In this document: positions 1-60,426 of the stretch, piece by piece
How the letters are laid out: every line of letters starts with the position of its first letter
How positions within the stretch are numbered: the first letter of the stretch is position 1
Origin: Tubiluchus corallicola
Lineage: Eukaryota; Animalia; Priapulida
Length of the DNA: 64,000 nucleotides
Assembly: GCA_030141605.1 (NCBI GenBank)
Contig: JAQGDQ010000803.1
Coordinates: forward strand, 29,884-93,883
Direction of reading: 5' to 3'
The notes under the pieces: model-generated
The model's input: only the letters and a program-made list of their open reading frames with translations
What the model was told of the DNA's origin: nothing
The model's database searches: none
Made by a program: the position numbers and the translations under genes

Positions 1-69
1 TGCCTTTAGAAGCTGAATCAATAAAGTGCGCACGACTGATTAAAAACCGCAAAGCTGGAAAGATACAGA

Positions 70-46956
<46,887 letters not shown>

Positions 46957-49753
46957 TGACATCAGTGCGCTAATTTTCTACTGCAACCAAAATAATTTCA
47001 TACAGTAACGGAACTGTAACTATCATTATGATGACGAATTTTCTTTTTCACTATTAATGTTAAAATTTACCACACGTAAGTGTACATTAAAATGTACTTA
47101 TGTGTTCATATGGCAAATAGATTGAACTTTAATTAAATTTGGCACTGTGTACATGAATAATACAATTTTGTGTAGTTATTATACATATGTGCTAGTAATA
47201 TTCCGTGTTCATATGGCAAATAGATAGAACTTTAATTATTTTGGCACTGTGTACATGAACAATATAATTTTATGTAGTTATTATACATGTGTTAGTAATT
47301 TTGCCTGACGACATCACTTATGTGTAAAGCCTTCCTTTACGTAAATTAATGGCAGCAGTGGTAACCGCTGTACAATTATGAAATGGCCGACCATGTGTAA
47401 ATACCGTACTTATTTCAAGCAAATAATTATGAAACTGCTGTACGGTCGTGTATGTGAAAAACGATAAAAACAAATACATTCGTTTAAATAGAAACCAATT
47501 TCTTTGTACATGTAATTTTTAGTTTACATAGAAAAAGGGCTAAGTGGCCGTAAAAATGAATTCGTGTGATTACAGAGTGGAGAAACAAAATGGAATGACA
47601 ATGTGGTAAAAACAGAAAATGAATTTGATTGATACAGAATCGAGAAATAAAACGTGAATAACAATGTGGGTTGCCCTGTAAGTGTAATGAAGATGGCATA
47701 GCTATGTTAGTTACAATATCAGGAAATAGTACAAAATTTGACATCTACGGAACTTTTTCACACCGAAGTCCCGAAACCGAACACGTCACAACTAACAACC
47801 TCACATCAACATTAGCTTGATGTCAACTCAAAATAAGCCCGAAGCCAACTCACAACACAATGTTGCATAAAACAATATTTACATAAACAGGCCAAGCTGA
47901 CATTGATTAGCAAATTTGGCCAGGTAAAAATATAGGATTCTACGATAATTTCAGAGCTTGTCTGCGATAAAATTCACAACACTGCCAAGAACGGTACAAT
48001 TTTTCAAAATAAACAAGATCAAAGCTACACAATACTTTTTACCATTTTCATACTGCTTAGTAATTGACTACTTTATAAACTCACTACACAATGGTGCAAT
48101 ATGTAACACAGCCATTAAACAACGGTGTTCATTATTCTGCAGAATCACAACAAATAAACAGCAGTTTTTTAGAAAAACGGTTGCTATACGCAGGCAACTA
48201 CACTATTCAGAATCTTACTACCTTTATAACTGAATTTTCAAATGCCTTCATACTTTTTAAAACTAGACAACTAGGTTAACGACAACCAACATAAATACAT
48301 GAACTTAACTGTTAAAATTACATTAAAGTTACTTAATAATCACCAATATATTACAGTACATTATACATTAAACAGAATTGTCAGAATAACAACAAGAGTT
48401 TCATAAAAATGATGCTGATGTGGATAAACTTTTGCCTTAATACACTGAACAATGTACAAACAGCAGAACTCACAACCAGCAAAAATGAGTTTGCAGTCAC
48501 TACTAAACAACAGTCTTCAGAAACTGCAAGGTTTCGCACAATTTGAAGAGACAAATATTTACTAAAAACTGATTTAACACGTTTCACGATAAAACTGCAA
48601 CTATTTTTGTAAAAGCGATGTTTTTGATTATCTGCTATTGTTTTACCCGATGAATAAATTTCCGATCACACGCCCGTTAATTTCCAAGGCAAAATTTGGA
48701 ATGCTCAGTTTAGATACTGGACATAATTACTAAACGTGACTAAAACACTACACAGGGAGGAGTAGAGTATTCCTCTAACTATAAGTGTGAAACAGTGAGC
48801 ACTGTCAAGTCATTTACTAGCACAAAACAATGAACGGTGACATCTTGTGTGAACCATTGGTTCACTTAAATCAATCTGTTAACACGCACGTTACTACATA
48901 ATGAACCTACGGGCAATGGTTTGAATAAATACGAAACATCAAAACAGCTCGTAGCCAGCAAATATAATTTCCACTTCCTGATGTAATTTGCATTTTACGC
49001 AGCGGCGTCGGGTAAAATCAGAAATGCCAAACAAACTACATCGACTAACAGTCACGTCTTCTCATAAAAACACGAGTAATTAAAATACTGATTGCTAAAA
49101 CATGATACATTTCTACGAGATATATTACAACATGGTTACTAAACACGTACATCCATTCTCCAACAAACAAGAGACAATTTACGCACCTTCACGGTGTTGA
49201 AAGTGCTCTAGTACAACTCTAGTGGAAAATAATAAAATAATGATATAATATTTACAAGTTCGTAGTACTCTATTTATAATTATGATTCGCCTAATTCGCC
49301 TGTCACCCACAAAAGCACGACAAAATTTTACCACCTTAGTCATTTATCGTTTAGCGATAATGATCCCAAAATAGACTTGAACAAACAATAACCGACCGCT
49401 GTTTCACTGTTAAATTATAGACGTAACAATTTTAATACAATGCGTTTTGTACATGATTCAAAAGTCACGAGAACGTTATCTTCGTGAAGGGAATTACGAG
49501 TGAAAGACTAAATACAGGATTCGTTTTAAGTAGATTCAATCCTAATACCAGGCGTCCATCTTTTTCAATTATTTTCATATTCGTCTTAAGAAATACTGAA
49601 GATTCTACAGAACACGCTTGCTAAACAAGCATCACTATAAAACGTCATTGTCCACTATGGCAAAGTACTGACTAAAGGCGTCTTGGTGAACTTTGTTCTA
49701 ACATCCGTTTTAAAACAAAGTGCACGGTACACGGATAAAAATGGCAACAATGT

Positions 49754-49923
49754 CTATGCGTAGAATTCTTTAGGAGGATTTTTGTTATACTGCGTTATGT
49801 GAGGCGACCGTTTCGGCTCGTCCAAAGCGTAACTTCCTTCGTCCTTTTTCCGCATTCGATAAACGATGAACATGACCAACAATACAGCACATAGTAAGCC
49901 GACTACTGTTCCTCCAATTACGG
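49754..49923 (-). CDS. Sdc: Syndecan terminal exon (TM + cytoplasmic domain)
   Basis: [11 protein letters not shown]...KEFYA*. Confidence 0.97.
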
Positions 49924-52900
49924 CTGAAAAAAAACGTAAAAAATGAGAAGCACAAAAACACTAAATTTTGAAAATACAATTACAGCAAACTCCGCATAAC
50001 TCAAATCGAACCGGACCGAAAAAACTTTCGATGTTGACCATTTTCCAGCATTTAGGACACCGTGTCTCTGTCCAAACTGCAGCGCTGAACAGATAATCAA
50101 AGAGGTAGAATTAACGTTAGTTCATCATAGCGCTATTAAACAGAAAAAGTCAATAAAAAGCACAGGTTTTGGCTGTATAACATTTTGCAGGGGGCGGGGG
50201 AAACAATACGGACGTCCACCAGTTAGTGAACGAGCTGCAACTGGATGCAGAACAACATAATTATACGGTTCCTCAAATTCCCAAACACTCAAGTGGAAAA
50301 ATATTACCGTGCATAGGCCCTGAAGTGACCAAAACTCACAAAGTGACCAAGTAGCCAATCAGCAAAAATGGTCAGTGGGAGCTTAAAAATTCCCTAAATC
50401 ACCTAGGCAAAGTCCTGTCTGCGTAATGCGTGATGCGTTTTCGCACGATAACGATCACGTTCGAATGAATACGTATCACGCGCATCACGGACTGTGTATT
50501 ACGTACACACGGAAAACGCTTCCACGTGTGTAAACATAAACTGTTGCATATGCATTTCGCATGATGGATTACGCATTACATGGAATTCTATGTTAAATCA
50601 CTGAAGGATTTCACGAGCAACTTTCCCTTTTCTTATGATCCAGAAAGCATAACTGTAAGGCCCTGCAGCACGAAATCCAGTAGAAGCTTGAAATTATAAA
50701 AAAAAATAAAAATCGACACGTCTCAAGTAATTAGTGGGTAAAAAAACAAAACTACTGTTAACATACCAGCTAGAATTGCCGGGTCAAGAAGACTAGTTTT
50801 CTCCGGCTCTCTATGTAAAGTTTGTCCATCGGTGTCGCCGGATACATTATCTATTTCGTTGCTTATATCGTCGCCAAACTTATCTTCTCCTTCATTGGCC
50901 GGTAGGTCAGGTATCGTATTGTCCGCATGGACTGGTTTGTCCTGAAAAGTACAGCAAATGGTACATCCAGAATGTGCAGGAACTAGTGGATAACACTGTA
51001 TATTACTAATTGATTTAATATTAAGAAGACGTAACTCAGTACAGTCCAACCTCGTTAAACCGGACTAATTGGGGGGTGGGTGGTCCGGTTTAGCCGATTC
51101 ATCCGATATGCCTATATATGGTCTAATATAATACAGGAATAATCACCTTAATAAGGCCTATCTACATTGCACTATATACTATACTGTATATTACTTTAAA
51201 ATAATTAACCTGTGAGGATAAAGAAATTATTGTACAATTGGTAGGCCGTGTTATGTTTAGCGCTCGGGCTCGGATGGAAATCGGTCAGTTTCCTTTACCA
51301 CGGATGACGTCCGTCTTATCCGGTATCCAGGCTAATGGGGTCCGGTTTAACGAGGGTCGACTGTATTTGCACATTGTTCAATATTCAGGACAGACCATCA
51401 ATACACAGCTGCATCAACCATCATTACACATTCCTGATGTGTAAAAGACACTATTTCTTGACATCTTAGCAGTACATGTTTCAATAAGTAAATTTACAGT
51501 TGTTCATTCAAGTTATAAATGCACTAAAAAGGGCGGAAATACAATATTGCTCTTAGAAGCTCTTCCTTAACAGTTTTACATAATTTCCACCAAAACACAA
51601 AAATAGAACTGCATTCCCACATAAATAATTTTGTCATTATAAATGCAAAATTTAATATGTTAATCACATTAAATTTTAACACTATATAGAAAATAATTGT
51701 AGCAATAATCAACAATTATCGCAAGAAAATTAGAAGTGAAATAAGCAAAGTAACTGAAGCAAATAAGGAAATGAAAAAAGAGAGCTTTCAACATCCTAAA
51801 AAATTTATTACAAACTCATCATCATCATCATCATTATCATTTGCATGCTTTACTTTCTACAACCTGGCACGCTCCACCTGTTGATGCCAACACCCCTATC
51901 TCCCGCCACCGCCCACGATACAACATCCCTCAAATCTAGTAATTTGCTAAATCTTTTTGCAGTAAATCTATATACTTCAGTAGCTGACCCCCCTCCGCCC
52001 TCTCTCGTTTTTGTCGTTTCAAGAGTTTTACGTAATACTAAAAAGAGGGACTCTTGAGGTAATCTTAGTGCATGCCCAATGCAATGTGATCTTCTTACTT
52101 GGATTTGTTTACTCCAAGGATTCTTCTTGATCACACACAGATCATCATTGCATATTCTATCAGGTCATTTAATTCCTAATAATTTTCTGTAGTGACGTCT
52201 TTGAAAAGCATCAATTTCCTCTTTCTGTTTAACTCTTATTGTCCATAGCTCAGCACTGTATAAAAATACAGGTTCAACTAAAGTTGAAAGAATCGGGACT
52301 TTTGGTTTATAGACCAAATGATTATAAATTGACGATTATTTATAAATTATCGGGCCTAATGATTAACGTAAAAATGATCATTGGTAAGAAATGATTAAAC
52401 TAACACATTTAGGCTTCTAGTGCTCAAACACGAATCACTGGAGTGAATTATTATTCCAGCCATGAGAAAATTAGCATTCACATCAGCCACTACGCACCCC
52501 TCCCTGTTGCTAACTGCTTAGTTGTACAGCATTAATTCAAAACTACTAAAGGCACAATTTAAAATTAAAACTTCCTAGTCAGGGCGTCTCCACGTGTGAA
52601 TAAATGCCCAAATGGTTGTACGAACAAACTATAAATGGTGTTGTGTAAAAAGCTTAAAAATGCACGACGGAAATTGCTTCTCAACCTATGTTTACATTTA
52701 CATTTAAAATTTATCAATTGCAGATATTAATTAAAATATTTTTTATCATTTTTCCTTCATCTTGAATAGCATTTACCATTATCAACACTGATGCTGTGAT
52801 GCTACCATTAAGTCCTAATCACTATCATAATTACTTTCCACCGATACCTACCTTTTTCGGTGGCAAGACTATTTCTGTGACTGATGCCTTTTCCGTAGTC

Positions 52901-55900
52901 TTTATCTCTGGTGCTTCCGTTTCCGGGTTTTCCCATATTTTTACCACATTTGGATCAATGAAACCTGGCGGTTCTGTAAAAAACAAAAAACGACATTCTA
53001 GAGGATGCGGCTACGGTTAATACTACTTTATTATTTCTGTTCACTTACAACCTAACCTTATAATTCCTAACCCACTTGAGCAATCCCTTTATCCCATCCG
53101 GCTGTCTAGACCCGTTCAGGCGGAGATACGGAAAAGCTACCCTCCGCACACATAGTACGTCAGTTGAGTGTTCTACTGGTTATACAATATATCACTCATT
53201 AAATTCATAGAGAATAAACTACAACTCAGTAGAGCGCTGTCAGGCTTTTTCTTTAGTATACCATGTGACCCAAAAAAGACTTTAAAAAGGCAGTGTGTTG
53301 AAGAAAGCGGGATCTGTAATAAGCGTCACATTACACACTCAGGAGTCAAACAGGGCTAGACAAAGTCTTCAGTAAGTTAAGTAAAATTTAATAGTAGACA
53401 ACTGTTAATTATTTAACACTCGTATAATCAAAAATGGGGAGACCTTATCGGCTGCTATACCCCGAAGACTTACGATTTACACGCATCTTGCGTTTCGGTA
53501 CCATAAAATAGCAAGGCACGAGAATCTACACAGTTTAACTCAGTGTAACGTATAATCCGAAAGTCTTTATAGAATTTTCGGTACTAAAAATTATGATTTG
53601 AAGTATTAAACAGTAATTTAAATGAACATTTTCAAAGGAAATTTTGAGTAAGAAACTGAACGGTGATGCTACAGCAGCATGGATTATAGACAGGTTTAAC
53701 TACTGAACGGTGATGCTACAGCAGCATAGATTATAGACAGGTTTAACTACTGAACGGTGATGCTACAGCAGCATGGATTATAGACAGGTTTAACTACTGA
53801 ACGGTGATGCTACAGCAGCATAGATTATAGACAGGTTTAACTACTGAACGGTGATGCTACAGCAGCATGGATTATAGACAGGTTTAACTACTGAACGGTG
53901 ATGCTACAGCAGCATGGATTATAGACCTGGTTTAACTGCAAAAACTGAAAACATAACTACCACACGGGAGGCACATTTAAGTGAAAATGTCTGTTTCAGG
54001 GCGCCCCCTTCTGAGAGAAACCGGTATAGCAACTTTCAATAAAAGACCGGGACAAGTATGCGGGGATTAAACTAATAATAAGAAATACATGAACCATTAA
54101 AAGAATTTTATTACATAATATGGGGTTAGCACACAATAGGGAGTCGGTGAAACACTTGTCACATATAAGCTTGTGCTAATTCATTGTGCAGCACAATCGG
54201 CATTGTCGAGTACAATACATAAAACTCTAAATGAAACTGTGTCCAATGCATATGAAATCACAAACTGGCTGCTGCCACGTCGGCATATTAATTTTGATTC
54301 TAGTTGGGAGAAGTATTGTCAACAAGAGCCCTTCCGGGGCAAGCATGCCGGCCGTTGCCCCTCCAAACTCTCCACAGGGGAAAATTTAAAATATTCTGTT
54401 CCGACCTTGGTATACATGTATAGGTATAGGCATTGAAATCGTATGACACGTTCAATTTCACGAAGAAATGGCGAGGAAGTAAAACTTTGAATTTTTAGGG
54501 CTACTCCCAAAGTCTTCCTAAAGAAGGGAAAGGGTCGTTCCCAGTCCTCACATCTCCCAGCCCTCAGATCTGACTGTACATTACAAAGCCTTGTCAATTT
54601 TTATGTAGAGTGTACAACAAGAACAACAACAATGCGAGTAAGTACCGTATCTGTCGCCAGAGCAAAAATACACGTTTGTCTAAGGGGGTCATTCCATGAC
54701 AATTCAACGAGTGGCCTACTCACGACCATCTCGGATTTTCGTGAAACTTGGCGTGGTTATTGGGCCTTATGAGAATAGTTTATGTTCAAAATTTTAGGTC
54801 GATCGGTCAACTCATTAAAAAGTTATGAAATTTTGGGCTAAAATAACGTCCCATTTTGGGATGCTTTCGTGTTTGTGGTGTCTATGCAACTAGAATGGTT
54901 TTCGAGCATAAGCGATGAAATGCCACTGTAGCTAAATATTGCTAACTATTATTTAAAGGCAGGCGTCGAAATTAGGGCTCCTTAAATTTTAAGAGACAGA
55001 GTCGGAGTGACGAGTTTCAATGTACCGACTCCTCAGCCCTGGTTGAAACCCGCAAATTTAGAAAAAGTTTTATTGCAAATTTTCTGCGCTCCTCTTCTTC
55101 ATTAGCTTAGCGATAATTTCATGTACGTATTGCGCAGTGACCATGTGAGTATATGTATGTTGACCTCTTTTATCAAGGGAAGCCATCGATCAGTCTGATC
55201 ATAAAGCAATGTTGTTTGTTCAATCAGTTCAACCACAGTGACCATGTGAGTGAAGCCATCGATCAGTCTGATCATAAAGCAATGTTGTTTGTTCAATCAG
55301 TTCAACCACAGTGACCATGTGAGTATATGTATGTTGACCTCTTTTATCAAGGGAAGCCATCGATCAGTCTGATCATAAAGCAATGTTGTTTGTTCAATGA
55401 GTGTTCAACCACTGTGCCAGCCTAACACCCGGTTCACGTTAAGGCAAAAGTTCGTGCTTATTCAAATGCTAAACGATTTAAAATCGTCCCCCGAAAGCTT
55501 CGACTTCATCAAGTTTCCAGCCTCTCGGTTTCACGAATCCGCTAATCTCAGTTCATACCCCCGGGGGAAATTTTCCGTCTGGATGCTGGGATAAAACAGA
55601 ACCGGGCATACTTTCGGATGCAATTTATTTTTCTGTTTAGTCTAGCATGCATTTACTTTTCACTTGAACACGTCAAACGCACGGGGATCTCTATGACTGC
55701 AAACACTATGTTCTGCACGTACGAATTACTCCGCTTAGAAGAAAGAAGCAGATTGGTTTTCCACAATTCCAAGATTTCACCAACGTGAAAAGGAGATTTT
55801 CTGCACAATCCTGACAAATTTCACTGACTTATAGAGTATTACGGACACGTCATGCGAGTTATGAATAAGGTTGTCAGAAGCCAATGCTACAGGGAGTTTA

Positions 55901-58900
55901 TTTATCGTTAACTCGAAGCCACGCGATAGATAAGGCACGGTTTCGATAAGCTGCTGTTAATTTAATTAAAGGAAAACAACAGGATTTCTTCGTAACCTAG
56001 CAAGTAAGTAAGTAAAAAATTTATTTGTCTCTGAATGTTACAAAATAAACATAAACAAAAACTAAAACAAAGACGGAAAAGAGGCGGGGTGGTGAAAAGA
56101 CCAAGGGTCACCAAGTCAACCACCCCTATCCAAACTGAAGAAAATTAAGTGACCTGTTAAGTAAGGTGTGAACTTATGAAAATAATCAGCAACTTAACAA
56201 AATAAATAGCATTTTCAGTATGACAAAAAGGATACATTTTAACACCTTATAACAATGGCAAAGTGTTTCTGATAATTAAATTCCCTTGTTAATAAGACCC
56301 CTATTGTATGATAATTACTGATTATTACCCTAATATTATATTATTACCCTGATTATTACTGATTAATTGTATTGTTTTGTCTAGATTTAGGTATCTAACT
56401 TCATTATTTTTTGTTTTCACTACTTTTTTTATAATTTGTATCATTTATACTGTTTTTATTATTATTTTTTCTTTTGTTTTTTGTTTTTGTTATCTGCAGC
56501 ATCACCGTTAATTTTTAATATACTAATCTATTTACAAGAAAGGGCAGGAGACTAGATGACCCTATGGTCCTTCCCTGCCCTGCTCCACGATAATAATTAC
56601 GTAATATTTAAAAAAAATTTTTATGTCAAACTAATTGGAGAAAATAAAATGTTCTATGTTGTAAATAATAGGAAATAACGGCAGCCCACCTAGTCATGAC
56701 ATTACAATTGAATATAATTTTCAACAGCACGAACATTGCGTAGGCCCTGTTGCACATGTTTGCAAAAGCGAAATTTCAAGTACAGTGCTACTGTAACATT
56801 CAGTGAGATATACAAAAACTTGGCAAATTTAAGTTTAAAATTTAAATTTCAAGTTTACCGCCATGATCTCTCGTATGTGTGCACTAGGTCACAACTGAAC
56901 TGAGAGGTACAGTAACTGTTTTTTGTGCAACATATTTCCAAGACGCAGGTACTATATCCATCCAACCAGAGAATGGGGAATTGCATGTAACAAGGTGCAA
57001 ACGTGAAATTAAACCTTCAGTGGTAATAATTTTTCACACAAGCCATTATTAACAAACAATTCCATTCTCTTTCAATATTTTATACATTACATTATTTTGA
57101 ACATTAGTTAAAAATGGGGTCTTGTCCCCCTATAAGCACGAAATGCTATATAATTTGCAATAATGTAATGAAATGACGTGCACATTTCAAATAATTTGCT
57201 TAAAACTGACCATATCAACTGTTGATTTTTCCTTTAATTTCTTCTATAGGTTTTACACATCAAATGTAGACATAGGAATTTCGAATGTGTTTTGGTAACT
57301 CAAATGTGACTTAGGTAAGTCAAATGTAGATGCATTACTTTGAATAAATCCGTTATTAACTTATTTAAGTGCAAATTACAAAAAGATAAACCAAAGATAG
57401 TCATCACCTCTTTCAGAACTTTGAAAAATGTTTACCCTCAAAATAAATTATTTGATAAACCATAACGTCGGTAGAAAAGAATAAATTGGTTCCCACTTCC
57501 CAATGAACAGTGAATCACTAATTACGCTCAAGATTTCTTGAAAACCATTGTTAACACATTTGAACTACCTAAGTCTACATTTGAGTTACCAAGACACATT
57601 TGAATTGCCTAAATCTACATTTGAGTTAATGCAGGTCTACATTTGACGTGTAAAACCTACACTTCCTACAGCTATGACAAACTTGTCCGGCATAGAGAAA
57701 ATCTGTACTATTTTGCTACAATTTTTAAAAAATTTCAATCGTGCAAAGTTTGAAATTCGTGCAATTTTGTTTCAAATTAGAATCCTGTGCCAGGCACTCA
57801 ACATTCCTGCGTGGCACTGGCGCAGAACTAATAACACAGCATCGAACATTCTGCTTCAATTTGCCATCTAAAGCATACGTAATAAATTTCCCCCCTGTAA
57901 CAGCATTAGCTCATGAAACTACTCTGGTTCGTGGACTCATAAATTTAATACTGAATGCTTCACTCTGTGTCGATCTAGTTAAAGCTCAATAATACAAGAC
58001 AATCTTGCTGCGCCAAATTGCATTTAATAACCGAATATGGCTGAACGGGGTAGCCAGTTCTCGAAAACTGCACAATGTTTTGCAATTAATAATTTATTAT
58101 TCCCTGAATTGGGGGTTATTGAGAAAGGCTGCTTTTGCGAGCGCGTCTGATTGTCAACTTGTTCTACTACCATGTCGTGACAGCAAAAAACTGATGTAGA
58201 AGAACAATTGCTGAGAATTTAGAATTGTGTTTAAAGCACAAGAAAACCCTTCACTTACATAAAAGCTTAAAAAATTCAACTTGAAATTTTATACCACTTA
58301 TATACTGCCCTTTTGCATGTTAGACTTGCGTCGGCAATAACGCTGTATGAAACATGTAAATTTAAACTCGCGTGATGACCGTTAGGCGCAGCCATTTTAA
58401 TCTTAGGTGGTTTGAAACAATTTTAGATAACATTGCACGAAGTATGAAAAAATAATCAGAGCATTTGTAGCACACATGTTAATAGCAAAGTAAAATTTTG
58501 AATTACTTGCATGAAAAATTTTTGTGACATAGTTTAACATTTCGTTTTCTTCCCCTGTTTCACGTTGTGCGTATATGACGTCATGTAATGGCGCTGTCGG
58601 AACAGTATTGCGGGAGATTTAAACGAAAACAAACAAAAATTCCTTTTAAGGCGATATGCGCATAAAATTCCTATAAAGTGATATAATTTTTAAGGTGATT
58701 TTTCTGAAACCCACTTCATCTACCCCTTTTCTTGTCCCTTAAGTCTGCTACAAAGATCAAAGCAAAAATGTAAATGCAGAACATGGAAATAATGCAGGTC
58801 TGACAAGCAGTGCCAGTTTCAAAACGTTTGTGACAAGCTGACAGCGCCGTCTAGTAAACAAAGATTGACGTTTGTGACAAGCTGACAGTGCCATCTAGTA

Positions 58901-59067
58901 ACCAAAGATTGACGTTTGTGACAAGCTGACAGTGCCATCTAGTAACCAAAGATTGACGTTTGTGACAAGCTGACAGCGCCATCTAGTAATCAAAGATTGA
59001 CTGACAAAAACAACAAATAATAATCTTAAATAATACGTACCATCTCCGCTGTGATCAAGTTCGTCAT
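49754..59067 (-). CDS. Sdc: Syndecan, 3' part (exons 59067-59041, 52973-52852, 50941-50767, 49923-49754); 5' exons not found in this window
   Basis: Spliced product ends [56 protein letters not shown] (TM helix, C1 motif [13 protein letters not shown]-binding EFYA); acidic SG sites in the ectodomain; phases consistent. Confidence 0.93.
50767..50941 (-). CDS. Sdc: Syndecan juxtamembrane ectodomain exon
   Basis: DKPVHADN...DNVSGDTDG...[10 protein letters not shown]; tttcag acceptor, gtatgt donor. Confidence 0.9.
51042..51363. mobile_element. Tc1/mariner (Tigger-like) MITE
   Basis: TA-flanked TIR cagtccaacctcgttaaaccgga / tccggtttaacgagggtcgactg. Confidence 0.85.
51817..52305 (-). mobile_element. 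Degraded RTE-like LINE 3' fragment
   Basis: Remnant [42 protein letters not shown]; (TGA)n tail. Confidence 0.7.
52852..52973 (-). CDS. Sdc: Syndecan ectodomain exon (Pro/Thr/Glu-rich)
   Basis: [40 protein letters not shown]; tttacag acceptor, gtaggt donor. Confidence 0.8.
53655..53938. repeat. 47-bp tandem repeat, 6 copies
   Basis: Unit actgaacggtgatgctacagcagcatggattatagacaggtttaact. Confidence 0.95.
57247..57659. mobile_element. MITE with long TIRs and subterminal repeats
   Basis: taggttttacacatcaaatgtagac / gtctacatttgacgtgtaaaaccta. Confidence 0.75.
58825..59000. repeat. ~44-bp tandem repeat, 4 copies
   Basis: Unit acgtttgtgacaagctgacagtgccatctagtaaccaaagattg. Confidence 0.9.
59041..59067 (-). 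CDS. Sdc: Syndecan 27-nt microexon (DELDHSGD)
   Basis: ctcttttgtttag acceptor, gtacgt donor, phase 1 to 1, acidic Ser-Gly motif. Confidence 0.7.
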
Positions 59068-59735
59068 CTAAACAAAAGAGAAGAATAATAAATAAATAAC
59101 AATAAATATGAATTCAGTACAGACAGTACACAAGAGTGATAATTGCAGGATATTGAAGATAATATTATGAGGCTCTGCAAGCCCTTTGTAGTTACTAAAA
59201 TGATTTTAAGAATTTACGAATGATTTACTTTTCATGTTGTCTGTATTTAATGACCTTCAAACTAAGATACGTATTTTGCTAATATAATTTCACACCTCTA
59301 TACATATATCATCAACTATAATTTTCACACTATGCTAAAACTAGGTAGTTATGTCAGACTTGCAATACGACACACGTTTATACCATACCTAACATATTTA
59401 ATGGTTATGATGGCTACATTACTACTATCAATTATATTTAAATGTTCTATACAATTATAGTTATTAATAAAAGTATAATGTATAATTTAATCTCTTCTCC
59501 CCTACTTAAATTTGGGTACACATATGTGTATATCATTGTATATATCATTGTATACACAAGTAAGCAATATGGTGCATTGTTATACAAGTAAGTGGTACAT
59601 TGACAGATGATCACATAATTCATATTCGTAACTATTTAAAAAAAAAATTCACTCTTAAAGGCTCACTCAAAGTCGTAATTACATATTATGTTTTCCTTTC
59701 TCAACTTTCAGGTTTATTGCTCTTATACCATTGCT

Positions 59736-60426
59736 ATTATTACATCATTTACTTCATCCTTATTTACATTAAGCTATCTACAGAAGCATGCATAACTATA
59801 ATCATTTTTTCATTTAAGTAAGGTGAGTGTGTTAATGACCGTATGGTCGTACACTCACCTCGCACTACTCAAATTATTACATCATTTACTTCATCCTTAT
59901 TTACATTAAGCTATCTACAGAAGCATGCATAACTATAATCATTTTTTCATTTAAGTAAGGTGAGTGTGTTAATGACCGTATGATCGTACACTCACCTCGC
60001 ACTACTCAAATTATTACATCATTTACTTCATCCTTATTTACATTAAGTTATCTACAGAAGCATGCATAACTATAATCATTTTTTCATTTAAGTAAGGTGA
60101 GTGTGTTAATGACCGTATGGTCGTACACTCACCTCGCACTACTCAAATTATTACATCATTTACTTCATCCTTATTTACATTAAGTTATCTACAGAAGCAT
60201 GCATAACTATAATCATTTTTTCATTTAAGTAAGGTGAGTGTGTTAATGACCGTGTGGTCGTATACTCACCTCGCACTACTGAAATTATTACATCATTTAC
60301 TTCATCCTTATTTACATTAAGTTATCTACAGAAGCATGCATAACTATAATCATTTTTTCATTTAAGTAAGGTGAGTGTGTTAATGACCGTATGGTCGTAC
60401 ACTCACCTCGCACTACTCAAATTATT
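59736..60426. repeat. ~137-bp tandem repeat, 5 copies
   Basis: Unit includes the hairpin aggtgagtgt..gaccgtatggtc..acactcacct. Confidence 0.94.
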
